Positions 29,794 through 39,900 of a stretch of 64,000 nt of DNA are shown here, piece after piece; within the stretch, counting starts at the first letter, position 1, and the number at the start of each line of letters is the position of its first letter. Source of the stretch: Candidatus Spongiisociaceae bacterium. Lineage in GTDB: Bacteria > Actinomycetota > Acidimicrobiia > Spongiisociales > Spongiisociaceae. Both the position numbers and the translations under genes were made by a program. Under the pieces are notes generated by a model, which was not told where the DNA came from, did not search any database, and worked only from the letters and a program-made list of their open reading frames with translations. The stretch covers positions 1,632,001 to 1,696,000 of the forward strand of contig OZ253564.1 in assembly GCA_965262915.1 (NCBI GenBank), in the 5' to 3' direction.

Positions 29794-31596
29794 TTATGGG
29801 GGTGCTCGGGTGGTTGTGGGGCTGGTGGGGTGCGGGCCTGGTTCGGCTGGTGGGGTGGTGTCGGGGGGTGTGTGGCCGGGATGGTCCGGGGTGGTGGGGT
29901 TGCGGTTCTTGCGTCGGCTGCCTCGTCCGGTTTGTTTGAGGTTGTGGATGACGGCAGCGGCGAGCGCGGCGAGTGTGTGGGCGCCTAGGCCGAACACGCG
30001 GCAGGATGCTCTGTTGAAGCTGCCGTCGTTTTTGATCATGCCGTTGACGCCTTCGACGGGGTTGCGGCCGGCGTAGTCGGTTGCCCACTTCGTGGTGCCG
30101 TAGGCGTTGCGCTGGTGGTTGTCGAGCTGGTCGACGCCGAGGGTGATCATGCCGTCGCAGCAGGATTCCCTGTCGGCGACGGCGGTGACGGGCAGGGGGC
30201 TGCGGCGCTTGCGGCGGTTGGCCCGGTTGGTGTTGTAGGTTCGGGCTGTGCTTTTGACTTTGCCTGCGCATTGGGGGCACATGATCTTCTTCCGCCCGTC
30301 GGGGAAGCGTCCGATGACTACCCATGCGTATTTGGCTCGTTCGTCGAACCATTTTTGGCGGTCGGTTCCGGTCAGCCCGTCGGATGGGCGGAGTAGGTGT
30401 TTTGGTGTCCATTCGACGAGAAAGGTGCCGCAGTTCACATAGAGGGGGGTGTTGTCTGTGCCTGCGGTGATGAGCTTGACGCCTTCCTGTCTGTCTTTGG
30501 CCTGGTTCATTACGATCTCCCAGCCGTGTTCACGTAGGGGCCGGACGAAGGTCGTTTTCTTCGCGGTGTAGTGCTGGTCGGCTTTCACGACATCGACGCG
30601 GGGTGCTAGCTGTTTCGCTTTGGTGGCTACCTGATATCCGATGGGTCCGACGTGTTGGTCGGCGGATGCGAGGACCATCGCGACGATGTATGGGGGGACA
30701 TATTCGAGGCGTTTGCCCCGGCTGATGGTGCGGGTAGCGACAGCAGGATGCAACCAATAGCCATTGAAGTATTCGGATTGTTGACTCTGCTTCGGGCTGC
30801 GGCGGCCGATGCCGGCTGCCTTGTCCTTTGTGTGCTGGACGTTGCCGTTGGGTTTCAGCACCGTGTCGTCGGGTATGCGGCCGGCTCTGATTTCGTCCTG
30901 GCGGGTGAAGTCGGTGGTACGCGCCCAGGTTGGGTAGTCGGTCGCGTCGATGCTGATCTCGATGACCTTGCGGGCGACCCATTTGGGGATCGAGGGTGCC
31001 AGGAAGCGGTCGACCATCCACTGCAGGTCGATGTGAGTGCCGTCAGGGGTATCGGCTCCGTCTTCGAGGAGGCTCTCCAACCGTTTGCTCTGGCGCCAGA
31101 CCATGTTGTAGGAGAGCAGGGAGCGGCCGGTGTCGGGGTCTAGCAGGCCCCATTCGATAGCGACCGCGGCGTCGAGGCCAGCCAGGACCGCGCAGTGCAC
31201 GGTTCGCATGTATCTGCCTTGTAGTTTGGTGGCGAGGAGCATGGCGGCGAGGAGCATCTGGGTGGTCAGAACGGGCTGTTCCCCCGGATGGTCCCGCAGT
31301 ACTTTGTCGATGTGGCGGACTACGCCGGTGCGGGCTACGTACGCATACATCCGACGGGCTTGGGGAGCGGTCGTGATTATCGGCTCGCTGGGTTCGATGC
31401 CTTCCTCGTCGGTGTCTGCACAGACGTCGGTGTCCAGGTAGGTGCCGGGGTCGGTGTCGACGTCGGGGACGGAGCTGGGGTAGTCCGCGGGCAGCGTCCG
31501 CAAGGAGTTCAGCTCATACAGCCGTGCCGGGTCGGGCAGGCCCCGCCTGGTGAAAAGCCGGCGGAGTCGGCGGGCAGCACACGACTTGCTGATCAT
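29794..31596 (-). CDS. DDE transposase, IS4/IS5-superfamily-like, with Cys-rich insertion domain
   Basis: ISIDATD (D1), VKADQHY (D2), YAGRNPVEGVNGMIK = Y-x2-R-x3-E-x6-K; CPQC and CC between D2 and E. Confidence 0.8.
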   Translation of the reverse strand: MISKSCAARRLRRLFTRRGLPDPARLYELNSLRTLPADYPSSVPDVDTDPGTYLDTDVCADTDEEGIEPSEPIITTAPQARRMYAYVARTGVVRHIDKVLRDHPGEQPVLTTQMLLAAMLLATKLQGRYMRTVHCAVLAGLDAAVAIEWGLLDPDTGRSLLSYNMVWRQSKRLESLLEDGADTPDGTHIDLQWMVDRFLAPSIPKWVARKVIEISIDATDYPTWARTTDFTRQDEIRAGRIPDDTVLKPNGNVQHTKDKAAGIGRRSPKQSQQSEYFNGYWLHPAVATRTISRGKRLEYVPPYIVAMVLASADQHVGPIGYQVATKAKQLAPRVDVVKADQHYTAKKTTFVRPLREHGWEIVMNQAKDRQEGVKLITAGTDNTPLYVNCGTFLVEWTPKHLLRPSDGLTGTDRQKWFDERAKYAWVVIGRFPDGRKKIMCPQCAGKVKSTARTYNTNRANRRKRRSPLPVTAVADRESCCDGMITLGVDQLDNHQRNAYGTTKWATDYAGRNPVEGVNGMIKNDGSFNRASCRVFGLGAHTLAALAAAVIHNLKQTGRGSRRKNRNPTTPDHPGHTPPDTTPPAEPGPHPTSPTTTRAPP

Positions 31597-32546
31597 GGCC
31601 CCAACCCCTGGGCGGCGGCATCTACCGGATCCAGGTCGGCAGCGGAAGCGGCTAGCAGCGCGGTGAGGGTGTCACCCGACAGCGGACCTGCTATCCGGCG
31701 CAGCGCGGACAGAGAAGTACCCGCGTGTAGGTGGGCGACCAGCCAGGTGGAACGGGCACGCCGCACCGACAGGGTACGGCCACTGATCCCAACCTGCCGG
31801 CACAACATGTACACCGCTGTGCGATGCGTCGCCGTAACGAACCGTCCGCCGTCGGCCAGCTCCACAGCTTCCCGTACGAGGGATGTGTAATCGTGGCGTA
31901 TCGGCACCACACGCGGATGCCCGCCCCCGACCCGTACACCGAGCCGGTCGTTTCCGAGGTTGACCAGATCGCCGGTCACAGCCGACGCGATGACCGGGCT
32001 GAGCAGACCCGCCCCGAGAGTCGCGGCGACCACCCACCGACGTCCCGCAGGCTCCACCCGGGCCGGCAGGCAAGCCGACAGCCGGAACACTGCCTCGTCC
32101 CCCGGCGTATACGGACTGGACGGGGGTATGCGCCCGATCTGTTCCCCAACAGGGGCCTCGGCCCAGCCGTCCGGGAACACAGCCCGCCCCACTTGGCGTA
32201 GAAGCCACCTGGTGTGGCGCCGCCACATCAGACTCTTATGAGCGTTCACTTCGAACGCCCAGTACTCCACGTTGGCGGGACACAACATCCGGACATCCAC
32301 CGTCGCCGACACCCCGAATATCCAGGCACCGAACTCCGACGTAACCCGAAGCATCTCGCGGACCATCGAAACGCTATCCGGATGAACAGCCGCAACCCAA
32401 CAACGAACCGTCGGCCACACCAGGGATTCGAGGTCGCCGCTGCCATCCGGATAGGTGTCCCACACCGGTGGGCGCCACAACGACAGCCTCGCCAACACTC
32501 CCGCGGACAGATCCGCAGACAGCGGAAGGCTGGTGAAGCAGGTCAC
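31593..32546 (-). CDS. Tyrosine-recombinase-fold protein, catalytically degenerate
   Basis: LGAGLLSP...TGDL, VRVGG.HPRVVPI and LSVRRARSTWLVAHLHAGTSLSALRRIAG align to integrase boxes, but R, H, H and Y are absent; 4-nt overlap with the transposase start. Confidence 0.7.
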   Translation of the reverse strand: MTCFTSLPLSADLSAGVLARLSLWRPPVWDTYPDGSGDLESLVWPTVRCWVAAVHPDSVSMVREMLRVTSEFGAWIFGVSATVDVRMLCPANVEYWAFEVNAHKSLMWRRHTRWLLRQVGRAVFPDGWAEAPVGEQIGRIPPSSPYTPGDEAVFRLSACLPARVEPAGRRWVVAATLGAGLLSPVIASAVTGDLVNLGNDRLGVRVGGGHPRVVPIRHDYTSLVREAVELADGGRFVTATHRTAVYMLCRQVGISGRTLSVRRARSTWLVAHLHAGTSLSALRRIAGPLSGDTLTALLAASAADLDPVDAAAQGLGP

Positions 32547-32634
32547 AGCCAGAACCCCAACCGTGGGGAGGCGGTCAGCAACACGAGCCGCCAGGACTGC
32601 CCAGAGGGTGATCGCTCAAGCCGCAGTCGTGTGT

Positions 32635-32724
32635 TATACTAGACACCGTAAGTCCCCTTTGTGGGCGTCACCCGGAGTGCTCGATAAGTCGCCAAACTTT
32701 GAGCGAGCACTACGGGTTTCTTCT
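32635..32724 (+). promoter_or_regulatory. TATACT box plus conserved 12-bp inverted repeat (operator or structured RNA)
   Basis: Arms 32671-82 and 32705-16; counterpart at 47716-47807. Confidence 0.5.
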
Positions 32725-33053
32725 ATTCGTACATCCTCATGGTAGCAGAAACGGCCATTAACCAGGGGTTTTACCTGCCGATGTTGTAGATACGGTCGAC
32801 TGCAGGACACGGGCCGGCCCGCTGAAATGATCTCTGATCAGGCGTTATCCACTCGCCGAGAGACTCCGCGGCAGGGCACCCAGAACCCGCCAGCACCGGC
32901 CCCGAAGATCGCAAACAGCCCACATCCCGGAACTGCGCGGGTAGGGCACAAGAACCCTCGGAACATCCCCCAGGCACCCATCGGACACCTGTTTGTATTT
33001 CCCATGACCATAGATACTATGGTACAGAGCGAGTGTGACATAATACAGGTTGC

Positions 33054-33434
33054 ATGGCGGACTGTTTGACGCATCCCAAGGAAGACCTACTTCACATGGA
33101 CGACAACACTCAGCAGGTCATCCGCAACGTCTCCAAAACACTCTGCGGCGCCCGGCTCCGCCTACCCGTGGCCATCTGGATCAGAACCCAACCCCAAGAC
33201 AGCGTGTTCTACCAGCGCCAGATCGCCAAAGGAATCGGAACCGACGCCCGCTACCTGCCCCGCGAAATGCAGATACTGGAACAGCTCGGCATGATCACAC
33301 CCCAACCCACACGCGCACGCGACGTGCGACGCTTCTACCAAGCCGACCACACACACCCACTCTGGACGATCATCGACACCACCCTGACCGCCTGCACCGA
33401 ACTCGACCGAATGGACAGTAATGCCTCCCGGTGA
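33054..33434 (+). CDS. Winged-helix DNA-binding protein
   Basis: YQRQIAKGIG...REMQILEQLGMI...RRFYQAD.THPLW pattern. Confidence 0.6.
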   Translation: MADCLTHPKEDLLHMDDNTQQVIRNVSKTLCGARLRLPVAIWIRTQPQDSVFYQRQIAKGIGTDARYLPREMQILEQLGMITPQPTRARDVRRFYQADHTHPLWTIIDTTLTACTELDRMDSNASR

Positions 33435-33716
33435 CGCCGTGGGAATACCTTCAGCTGGCGAGTGGCTGCAGGTGAACGCTCCGGATGCGACGTCTTGGGC
33501 TTCGAGCACCCCCATCCCCTCTGGGAACTGGTCGGCAGCGTTCTTGCTGCTTGCAGCCAGCTTGCCGAAGCCGGCGACCGGCGTATCGAAACGTTCTAGG
33601 GTGGTCAGGGTTGCTTGGTGGAGATGGTTACGGAGACGTGCCTGAACGACGGCTACACGGAGGAATTGTGCACAGCCAGACGCACACGAATACCCCCCAC
33701 ATGGATGGATGGTTGA

Positions 33717-36700
33717 ATGCCGGCGCGTAAGTTCATTCTGGATAATCAGGATCGGAAGGTTGTTGACTATCTGAGACGGTGTTTGTCGAATGCGGATATG
33801 TTCCGTGTCGTGTCAGCGTATTTCAGTATCTACGGTTACGGGCTGCTGGCAGATGAGGTCGACCGGGTGGGGCGGGTCCGGTTCTTGTTCGGTGATCCGT
33901 CGTCAGTCGAGTATTTGGACCCGGGCGAGAAGGCCCGTCAGAGCTTTGATCTAGTCGAGGGTGGGCTGGCCATCCGGGAAGTGCTTTATCAGAAGCCTCT
34001 GGCGGAGCGGTGCGCCAGGTGGGTCGACAGCTCCGCGGTGGAGATCCGTTCGGTGCGCAGGTCCAGGTTGTTGCACGGGAAGATGTATCTGGCTGATGAG
34101 CCGGGTGGGGATGGTACGGCGGTGGTGGGAAGTTCGAACTTCACCCGCAACGGTCTGGGCGGGGGGAGGATGTCCAATGTGGAGATCAACGTGGCCGACA
34201 CAGGTGTCGACATGCGTGCTGAACTGCGGGACTGGTTCGACAGGATGTGGGGGGATGACAAACTGACGCGGGACGCCAAGGATGATGTGTTGGACGCGCT
34301 GGGGCGTCTAGCGCGGGAGCATCCGCCTGAGATCATCTACTACAAGACGCTGTATGAACTGTTCCGGGAGGATGTCGAGGCAGGCCAGGAGGAACTGGAC
34401 GATGTTCACCTTCGCGATAAGCAGGTGTGGAAGAAGTTGTTCGAGTTCCAGAAGGTCGGTGTGAGGAATGTGCTCTCACGCCTGAAACGGCACAACGGTT
34501 GCATTCTTGCCGACAGCGTGGGACTGGGGAAGACATACACCGCCCTGGCAGTGATCAAGTACTTCGAGCTTCTCGGTGACCGGGTGCTGGTGATGTGCCC
34601 CAAGAAGCTGGAGAACAACTGGGCTCTCTACTCTGATCGGGAGAACCTTCCTGGGAACCCGTTTCCCCGTGACAAGTTCGGGTACCGGCTGAAAGCTCAT
34701 ACCGACCTCTCCCGGGAGGAGCCATTCGTTTGGAGCAACTATGACCTGGTGGTGATCGACGAGTCGCATCACTTCCGCAACACCGGACAACGCTACCGCC
34801 GACTGATGGATGAAGCCATCAAGCAGGGCAGCAACACGAAGGTGTTGATGCTGTCCGCCACGCCAGTGAACACATCCCTCACCGACCTTCACAACCAGAT
34901 ACGGTTGATGACAGGGGGGGATGACAGGGCCTTCGAACGGCGGCTCGGTATCAGCAGCGTCTCCCGATTGCTGGGCGACGCGCAGCGTGAATACAAGAAA
35001 TGGGAGGAGGAGCAGACCGAGAGCGGGGACCAGGCCGTCAAACAGACCAAGCAGACGTTGATGAATCGTCTGGATCCGGGCGTCACCCGGCTGCTGGATG
35101 CCGTGTCGATCGCTCGTTCGCGTCGCCAGATCGAATTGTTCTACAGCCAGGACATTGACAAGTTCGGTCCATTCCCCGACACCGGCGAACCAGACACCCT
35201 CTATCCGGTCACCGACCTGCACGGCGAACTCTCATACGGCTACCTCGCCGACCAGATCGGCAAGTTCACCCTCTCCGTCTACCGGCCGTCCAACTACCTG
35301 CCGGAGGAACTTCGTCAGAGGGCCGTTAACCAAACAGAGAACAACCTGGTCAGCATGCTACGGGTCAACTTCCTGAAACGGCTCGAAAGTTCCGCCTACT
35401 CCCTCACGGAAACCCTGGACCGCACCATCGGGAAGATCGACCTCTTGGCCGACCGTATCGAACAATTCCAGGTCGGGCAGACAACCACCATCGACATCGG
35501 AGACATCTACCCCGGCGCCGACGACGACGACGACGGGTTCTTCGTGGACCGGCGCGGTGACCCGATCAACGTGGAGGACCTAGACCTAGACCGATGGCTG
35601 GCGGAGCTCAACCAAGACCGGGAGACACTCCACGATGCCTACCTCAAAGTGGCTGCCATCACCCCGGAACGGGACGGGAAACTCACGAAACTGAAAGAGA
35701 TCATCCACGACAAGGTCACCCGTCCCAGCATCGACCGCGATGGCCGGCCTAACCGCAAGCTGCTCGTGTTCACCAGTTTCACGGACACCGCCAGATACCT
35801 GTACAGGCATCTGGTCGGCCTGGCTGACGAACTCGGCATCCATGTGGCTATGGTCTCGGGAACTGTCAACAAGACCACCGTCGGACGAAGCGATTTCAAC
35901 AGCATCCTCACCAGCTTCGCCCCCATCTCCCGCGAAGCGCCCGCCGGTGACCCCAGCAGCCAAGTGGATCTCCTGATCGGTACCGACTGCATCTCAGAGG
36001 GCCAGAACCTCCAAGACTGCGACGCTGTGCTGAACTACGACATTCACTGGAACCCGGTACGGCTCATACAACGACTGGGGCGGGTTAACCGTATCGGCAG
36101 CCCCAACAGAGCGGTGCGGATGATCAACTTCTGGCCTACCGACGACATAGACGAGTACCTGAACCTTGTTGGTCGGGTACTCGCACGGATGGCACTGGCG
36201 GACCTCACCGCTACCGGCGATGCCGACCCGTTGGCCGGAAGCGACGAACCAGCACAGCTCGCATTCGATTTCCGCGACGAACAGATCCTTCGAGACCTAC
36301 GCGACGGGACCGTCAACTTCGACGATCTCGATGACATGCCCACGATGAGCGACTTCACGCTCAACCACTTCTACAACCAGCTTCTCCGATACCTACAGGA
36401 GCACAAACATCTCGACCGGACCCCTGACGGCGCCTACGCAGTCACCGCAGCAGGACCGTCTCATCCCCCGGGAGTGGTGTTCGTCCTTCGCGAACGGCCT
36501 GTGTCCGCGTCGAACGGCACCACGGAACAGACCAGTCCGGTCCACCCGTTCTACCTCGTGTACGTACGCGACGATGGCAGCATCCGGCACGGCTGCGCCA
36601 GCACCCAGCAGCTTCTAGCCGCTTTCGAAGCGGCCACATCCGGTAAAACAGCGCCCCTCACCGCACTATGCGACCAGTTCAACGATGAAACCCGCAACGG

Positions 36701-36914
36701 GACGCGCATGGATCGGTACAACCAGCTACTCGACACGGCCGTTGCTCACATAGGGGAGACACGCAACAAGGCGCAGGCCAAAGGTCTGGCCACCAGGCGG
36801 GACTTCCAGTTGCCCACTGTGGTGGAAAGCGGGAACAGCCTGGAGAGGTTCGACCTCGTAACGTGGCTGATCATCACCAGCCCCCAGACCGCCCCTGCAG
36901 GCAAGCGTCCATGA
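33717..36914 (+). CDS. PLD-nuclease/SNF2-family helicase fusion
   Basis: LHGKMY...VGSSNFT (PLD), ILADSVGLGKT, IDESHHFRN, MLSATP, SEGQNLQ, QRLGRVNRIG. Confidence 0.85.
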   Translation: MPARKFILDNQDRKVVDYLRRCLSNADMFRVVSAYFSIYGYGLLADEVDRVGRVRFLFGDPSSVEYLDPGEKARQSFDLVEGGLAIREVLYQKPLAERCARWVDSSAVEIRSVRRSRLLHGKMYLADEPGGDGTAVVGSSNFTRNGLGGGRMSNVEINVADTGVDMRAELRDWFDRMWGDDKLTRDAKDDVLDALGRLAREHPPEIIYYKTLYELFREDVEAGQEELDDVHLRDKQVWKKLFEFQKVGVRNVLSRLKRHNGCILADSVGLGKTYTALAVIKYFELLGDRVLVMCPKKLENNWALYSDRENLPGNPFPRDKFGYRLKAHTDLSREEPFVWSNYDLVVIDESHHFRNTGQRYRRLMDEAIKQGSNTKVLMLSATPVNTSLTDLHNQIRLMTGGDDRAFERRLGISSVSRLLGDAQREYKKWEEEQTESGDQAVKQTKQTLMNRLDPGVTRLLDAVSIARSRRQIELFYSQDIDKFGPFPDTGEPDTLYPVTDLHGELSYGYLADQIGKFTLSVYRPSNYLPEELRQRAVNQTENNLVSMLRVNFLKRLESSAYSLTETLDRTIGKIDLLADRIEQFQVGQTTTIDIGDIYPGADDDDDGFFVDRRGDPINVEDLDLDRWLAELNQDRETLHDAYLKVAAITPERDGKLTKLKEIIHDKVTRPSIDRDGRPNRKLLVFTSFTDTARYLYRHLVGLADELGIHVAMVSGTVNKTTVGRSDFNSILTSFAPISREAPAGDPSSQVDLLIGTDCISEGQNLQDCDAVLNYDIHWNPVRLIQRLGRVNRIGSPNRAVRMINFWPTDDIDEYLNLVGRVLARMALADLTATGDADPLAGSDEPAQLAFDFRDEQILRDLRDGTVNFDDLDDMPTMSDFTLNHFYNQLLRYLQEHKHLDRTPDGAYAVTAAGPSHPPGVVFVLRERPVSASNGTTEQTSPVHPFYLVYVRDDGSIRHGCASTQQLLAAFEAATSGKTAPLTALCDQFNDETRNGTRMDRYNQLLDTAVAHIGETRNKAQAKGLATRRDFQLPTVVESGNSLERFDLVTWLIITSPQTAPAGKRP

Positions 36915-39900
36915 GTCCTGTCTCAGCGTCTCAGGCCGACAGCACGGGGCTGCGCACCAGCGTCAAAGACGTGCTGGGACAGATCGCCCATGCCGAGGAC
37001 TTCGACAGAGCAGCACGCGACCTCCTCGAAGTGCTCGGCTACCCAACCGGCAAGACCATGGCCAGCCAGACTGGCAACGTGAACGACTTCCTCAACCGGC
37101 ACACACCACTATCGGGATACAAGCCGGGCACCAGATCAGAGCAGAAACTCCGGGACGAGAACCCCGTCATCAAGCTCCTGTGCCAGGTCACGAACGAGAA
37201 CCTTGACCTAGCCGGCCAGCATTCCCTGTTAGAGCAGCCCGACATCGACAAGGGCCTCCACCAGAGCTTCCTGTTCGTGACAGTTGACCTGGGAGGGGAG
37301 TGCTCCTACCGCCGGGACGACTACGCCCAGCACACCCGGGAGATCAACAAACGGTTCCTGATGCCCACCGTAGTCCTATACCGCACCAACCGACGCCAAC
37401 TCACGGTCACGTTCGTACAACGACGGCAAGACAAACGCGACGAACGACGCGATGTTCTCGAAACGGTGTCGCTCATACGTGACATAGACTTCCAAGAACC
37501 TCACCCCGGCCATCTACGCCTGGTCGAGCAGCTGTCAATCGCGGACCGGCGTGACTGGATGCGCAAACACGGACAGTCCCCGAACTTCGACGGGCTGCTC
37601 CGAGCCTGGGTCGACACGCTCGACACCGAAACCCTCAACAAGGAGTTCTACCGTCGCTTGTTCGACTGGTTCCAGAGGGCCGTCGACGAAGCAACCTTCC
37701 CAACGGGCGACAGCGAAACCAGACAAGAAGAACAGGTGATCAGGCTCATCACCCGGCTGCTGTTCATCTGGTTCATGAAAGAGAAGAGCCTCGTTGCCGA
37801 CGAGCTGTTCATCCCAGACCAAGTAGAGGCCCGGCTCCGTGACTACGACCCGCACGAGGGAGACACCTACTACCCGGCCATACTCCACAACCTGTTCTTC
37901 GCCACCCTCAACACCGAATACGACGACCAGGCGGAATCACGACGCGGACCCGACCACTACCTACACACCGAGATGATCGACGACCTCGACGGCCTGATTA
38001 GCCTGTTCGACAAGACACCGTTCATCAACGGCGGACTCTTCGACCGCCTCGATCCCGACGACTGCTACAGCCCAGAACACGAGCGACGGCTGTCGGTCCC
38101 GAACCGTCTCTTCTTCGACCCCCGCGGGATCATCACACTGCTCAACTCCTACAAGTTCACACTCGAAGAGAACACCCCCATCGACCAAGACGTAGCACTC
38201 GACCCCGAACTGTTGGGCAGAGTGTTCGAGAACCTCCTCGCCGCCCACACCCCAGAAACCCGGACCACTGTTAGGAAACGTACAGGCTCGTACTACACAC
38301 CCCGGTACATCGTCGACTACATGGTCGACGAAGCCCTCGTCGCCTCCCTCGCGACAACATGTGCAGGCGATGGGAGCGACGGTCAGGTAACGGAAGAGAT
38401 GCTGCGGCATCTCTTCCACCACGGCCACGAGACGAAGGCGGAGAACCTGAGTGACGATGCGAAGCAGAGCATTGTCCGCGCTATAGCGAACATCAAGATC
38501 CTGGATCCTGCTGTCGGATCAGGTGCCTTCCCGATGGCTGTACTGAGCAAATTGACCTTAGCCCTGCGTCGGCTCGACCCTGACAACCAACTATGGAAGG
38601 CTCGTCAGAGGCAGATCGCCACGAAGCGAGCCTCTGAGGCTTTCCGCGAGGACGACCAGGCAACTCGCGACGAACGGTTACATGTCATAAGCGATACGTT
38701 CGAGAAGTACCGGAACGACTTCGGGCGGAAACTGTACCTCATCCAGAACAGTATCTACGGAGTGGACATCCTGCCCATCGCATGCCAAATCGTCAAACTA
38801 CGTTTCTTCATCGCCCTCGCAATAGACCAAACGCCAAATCAAACCGCCAACAACCGCGGCATCCGGCCCCTACCCAACCTAGAAACCAAGTTCGTCGCCG
38901 CTGACACACTCATCGGATTGCAGGGGCAACAAGCTCTGACGCCGCCGCCCGTAGAAGAACTACTAAGGCGGTTGGACATCAACCGCGAACAGCACTTCCT
39001 CGCCGCGATCCCTCAACACAAACACGCACTCAGGGAAGAACACCGCGCACTTCGCACTGCGCTCGCAGACGCACTTACCGATGGAGGAATGCCATCCGAA
39101 CAGACAGAGCGAATCGCCGCCTGGGACCCCTACGACCCGAACACACCCGCAAACTGGTTCGTTCCCAACTACATGTTCGGTGTCATGGACAGATTCGATG
39201 TAGTCATCGGAAACCCGCCGTACATAGGACTCCAAAAAGAAGCCGGGAGGTTGAGCAAACGGTACAAGCATGCCGGTTATGTGTCCTTCTCAGGGAACGG
39301 GGACATCTACTACTTGTTTTACGAGCGAGGTACCGCCTTGCTAAAGCCGAATCACGGCGTCCTGGCCTACATCACCTCCAATAGCTGGATGAAAGCTAAG
39401 TACGCCAGTGACCTGCGCGGCTACCTCGGCGAACACACGATCCCCATACAGTTACTCGACATGGGCAAAGATGTATTCGATGCAATAGTATCCACGAACA
39501 TACTCATCCTACAGAGCGGTAGGCGAAACACTGAACCGTTCCCGGCCGTAGGAACGGACACGCCAAGCCCTGACACCTTCCCACCCCACCGGAAGCATTG
39601 GGACACGATCCAGCCCTCCCACAAGGAAGTGCCCTGGGTCATCCTTTCCTCTCCAGAAGTGCAAGTGATGAACAAAATGCGCTCCCACGGCACGCCGCTC
39701 GCACAATGGGCCATCGGCATGCGGAATGGTATAAAGACTGGCTACAACCCGGCCTTCATAATCGACCGGGCAACCAGAGACAGGCTCGTAGCCGAGGACG
39801 CGGCTAGCACCGACATCATCAGACCCTTGTTGCGCGGTAGAGACATCCGACGCTACCGCATACGATGGGATGGTACGTATCTCATAGCCACGCACAATGG

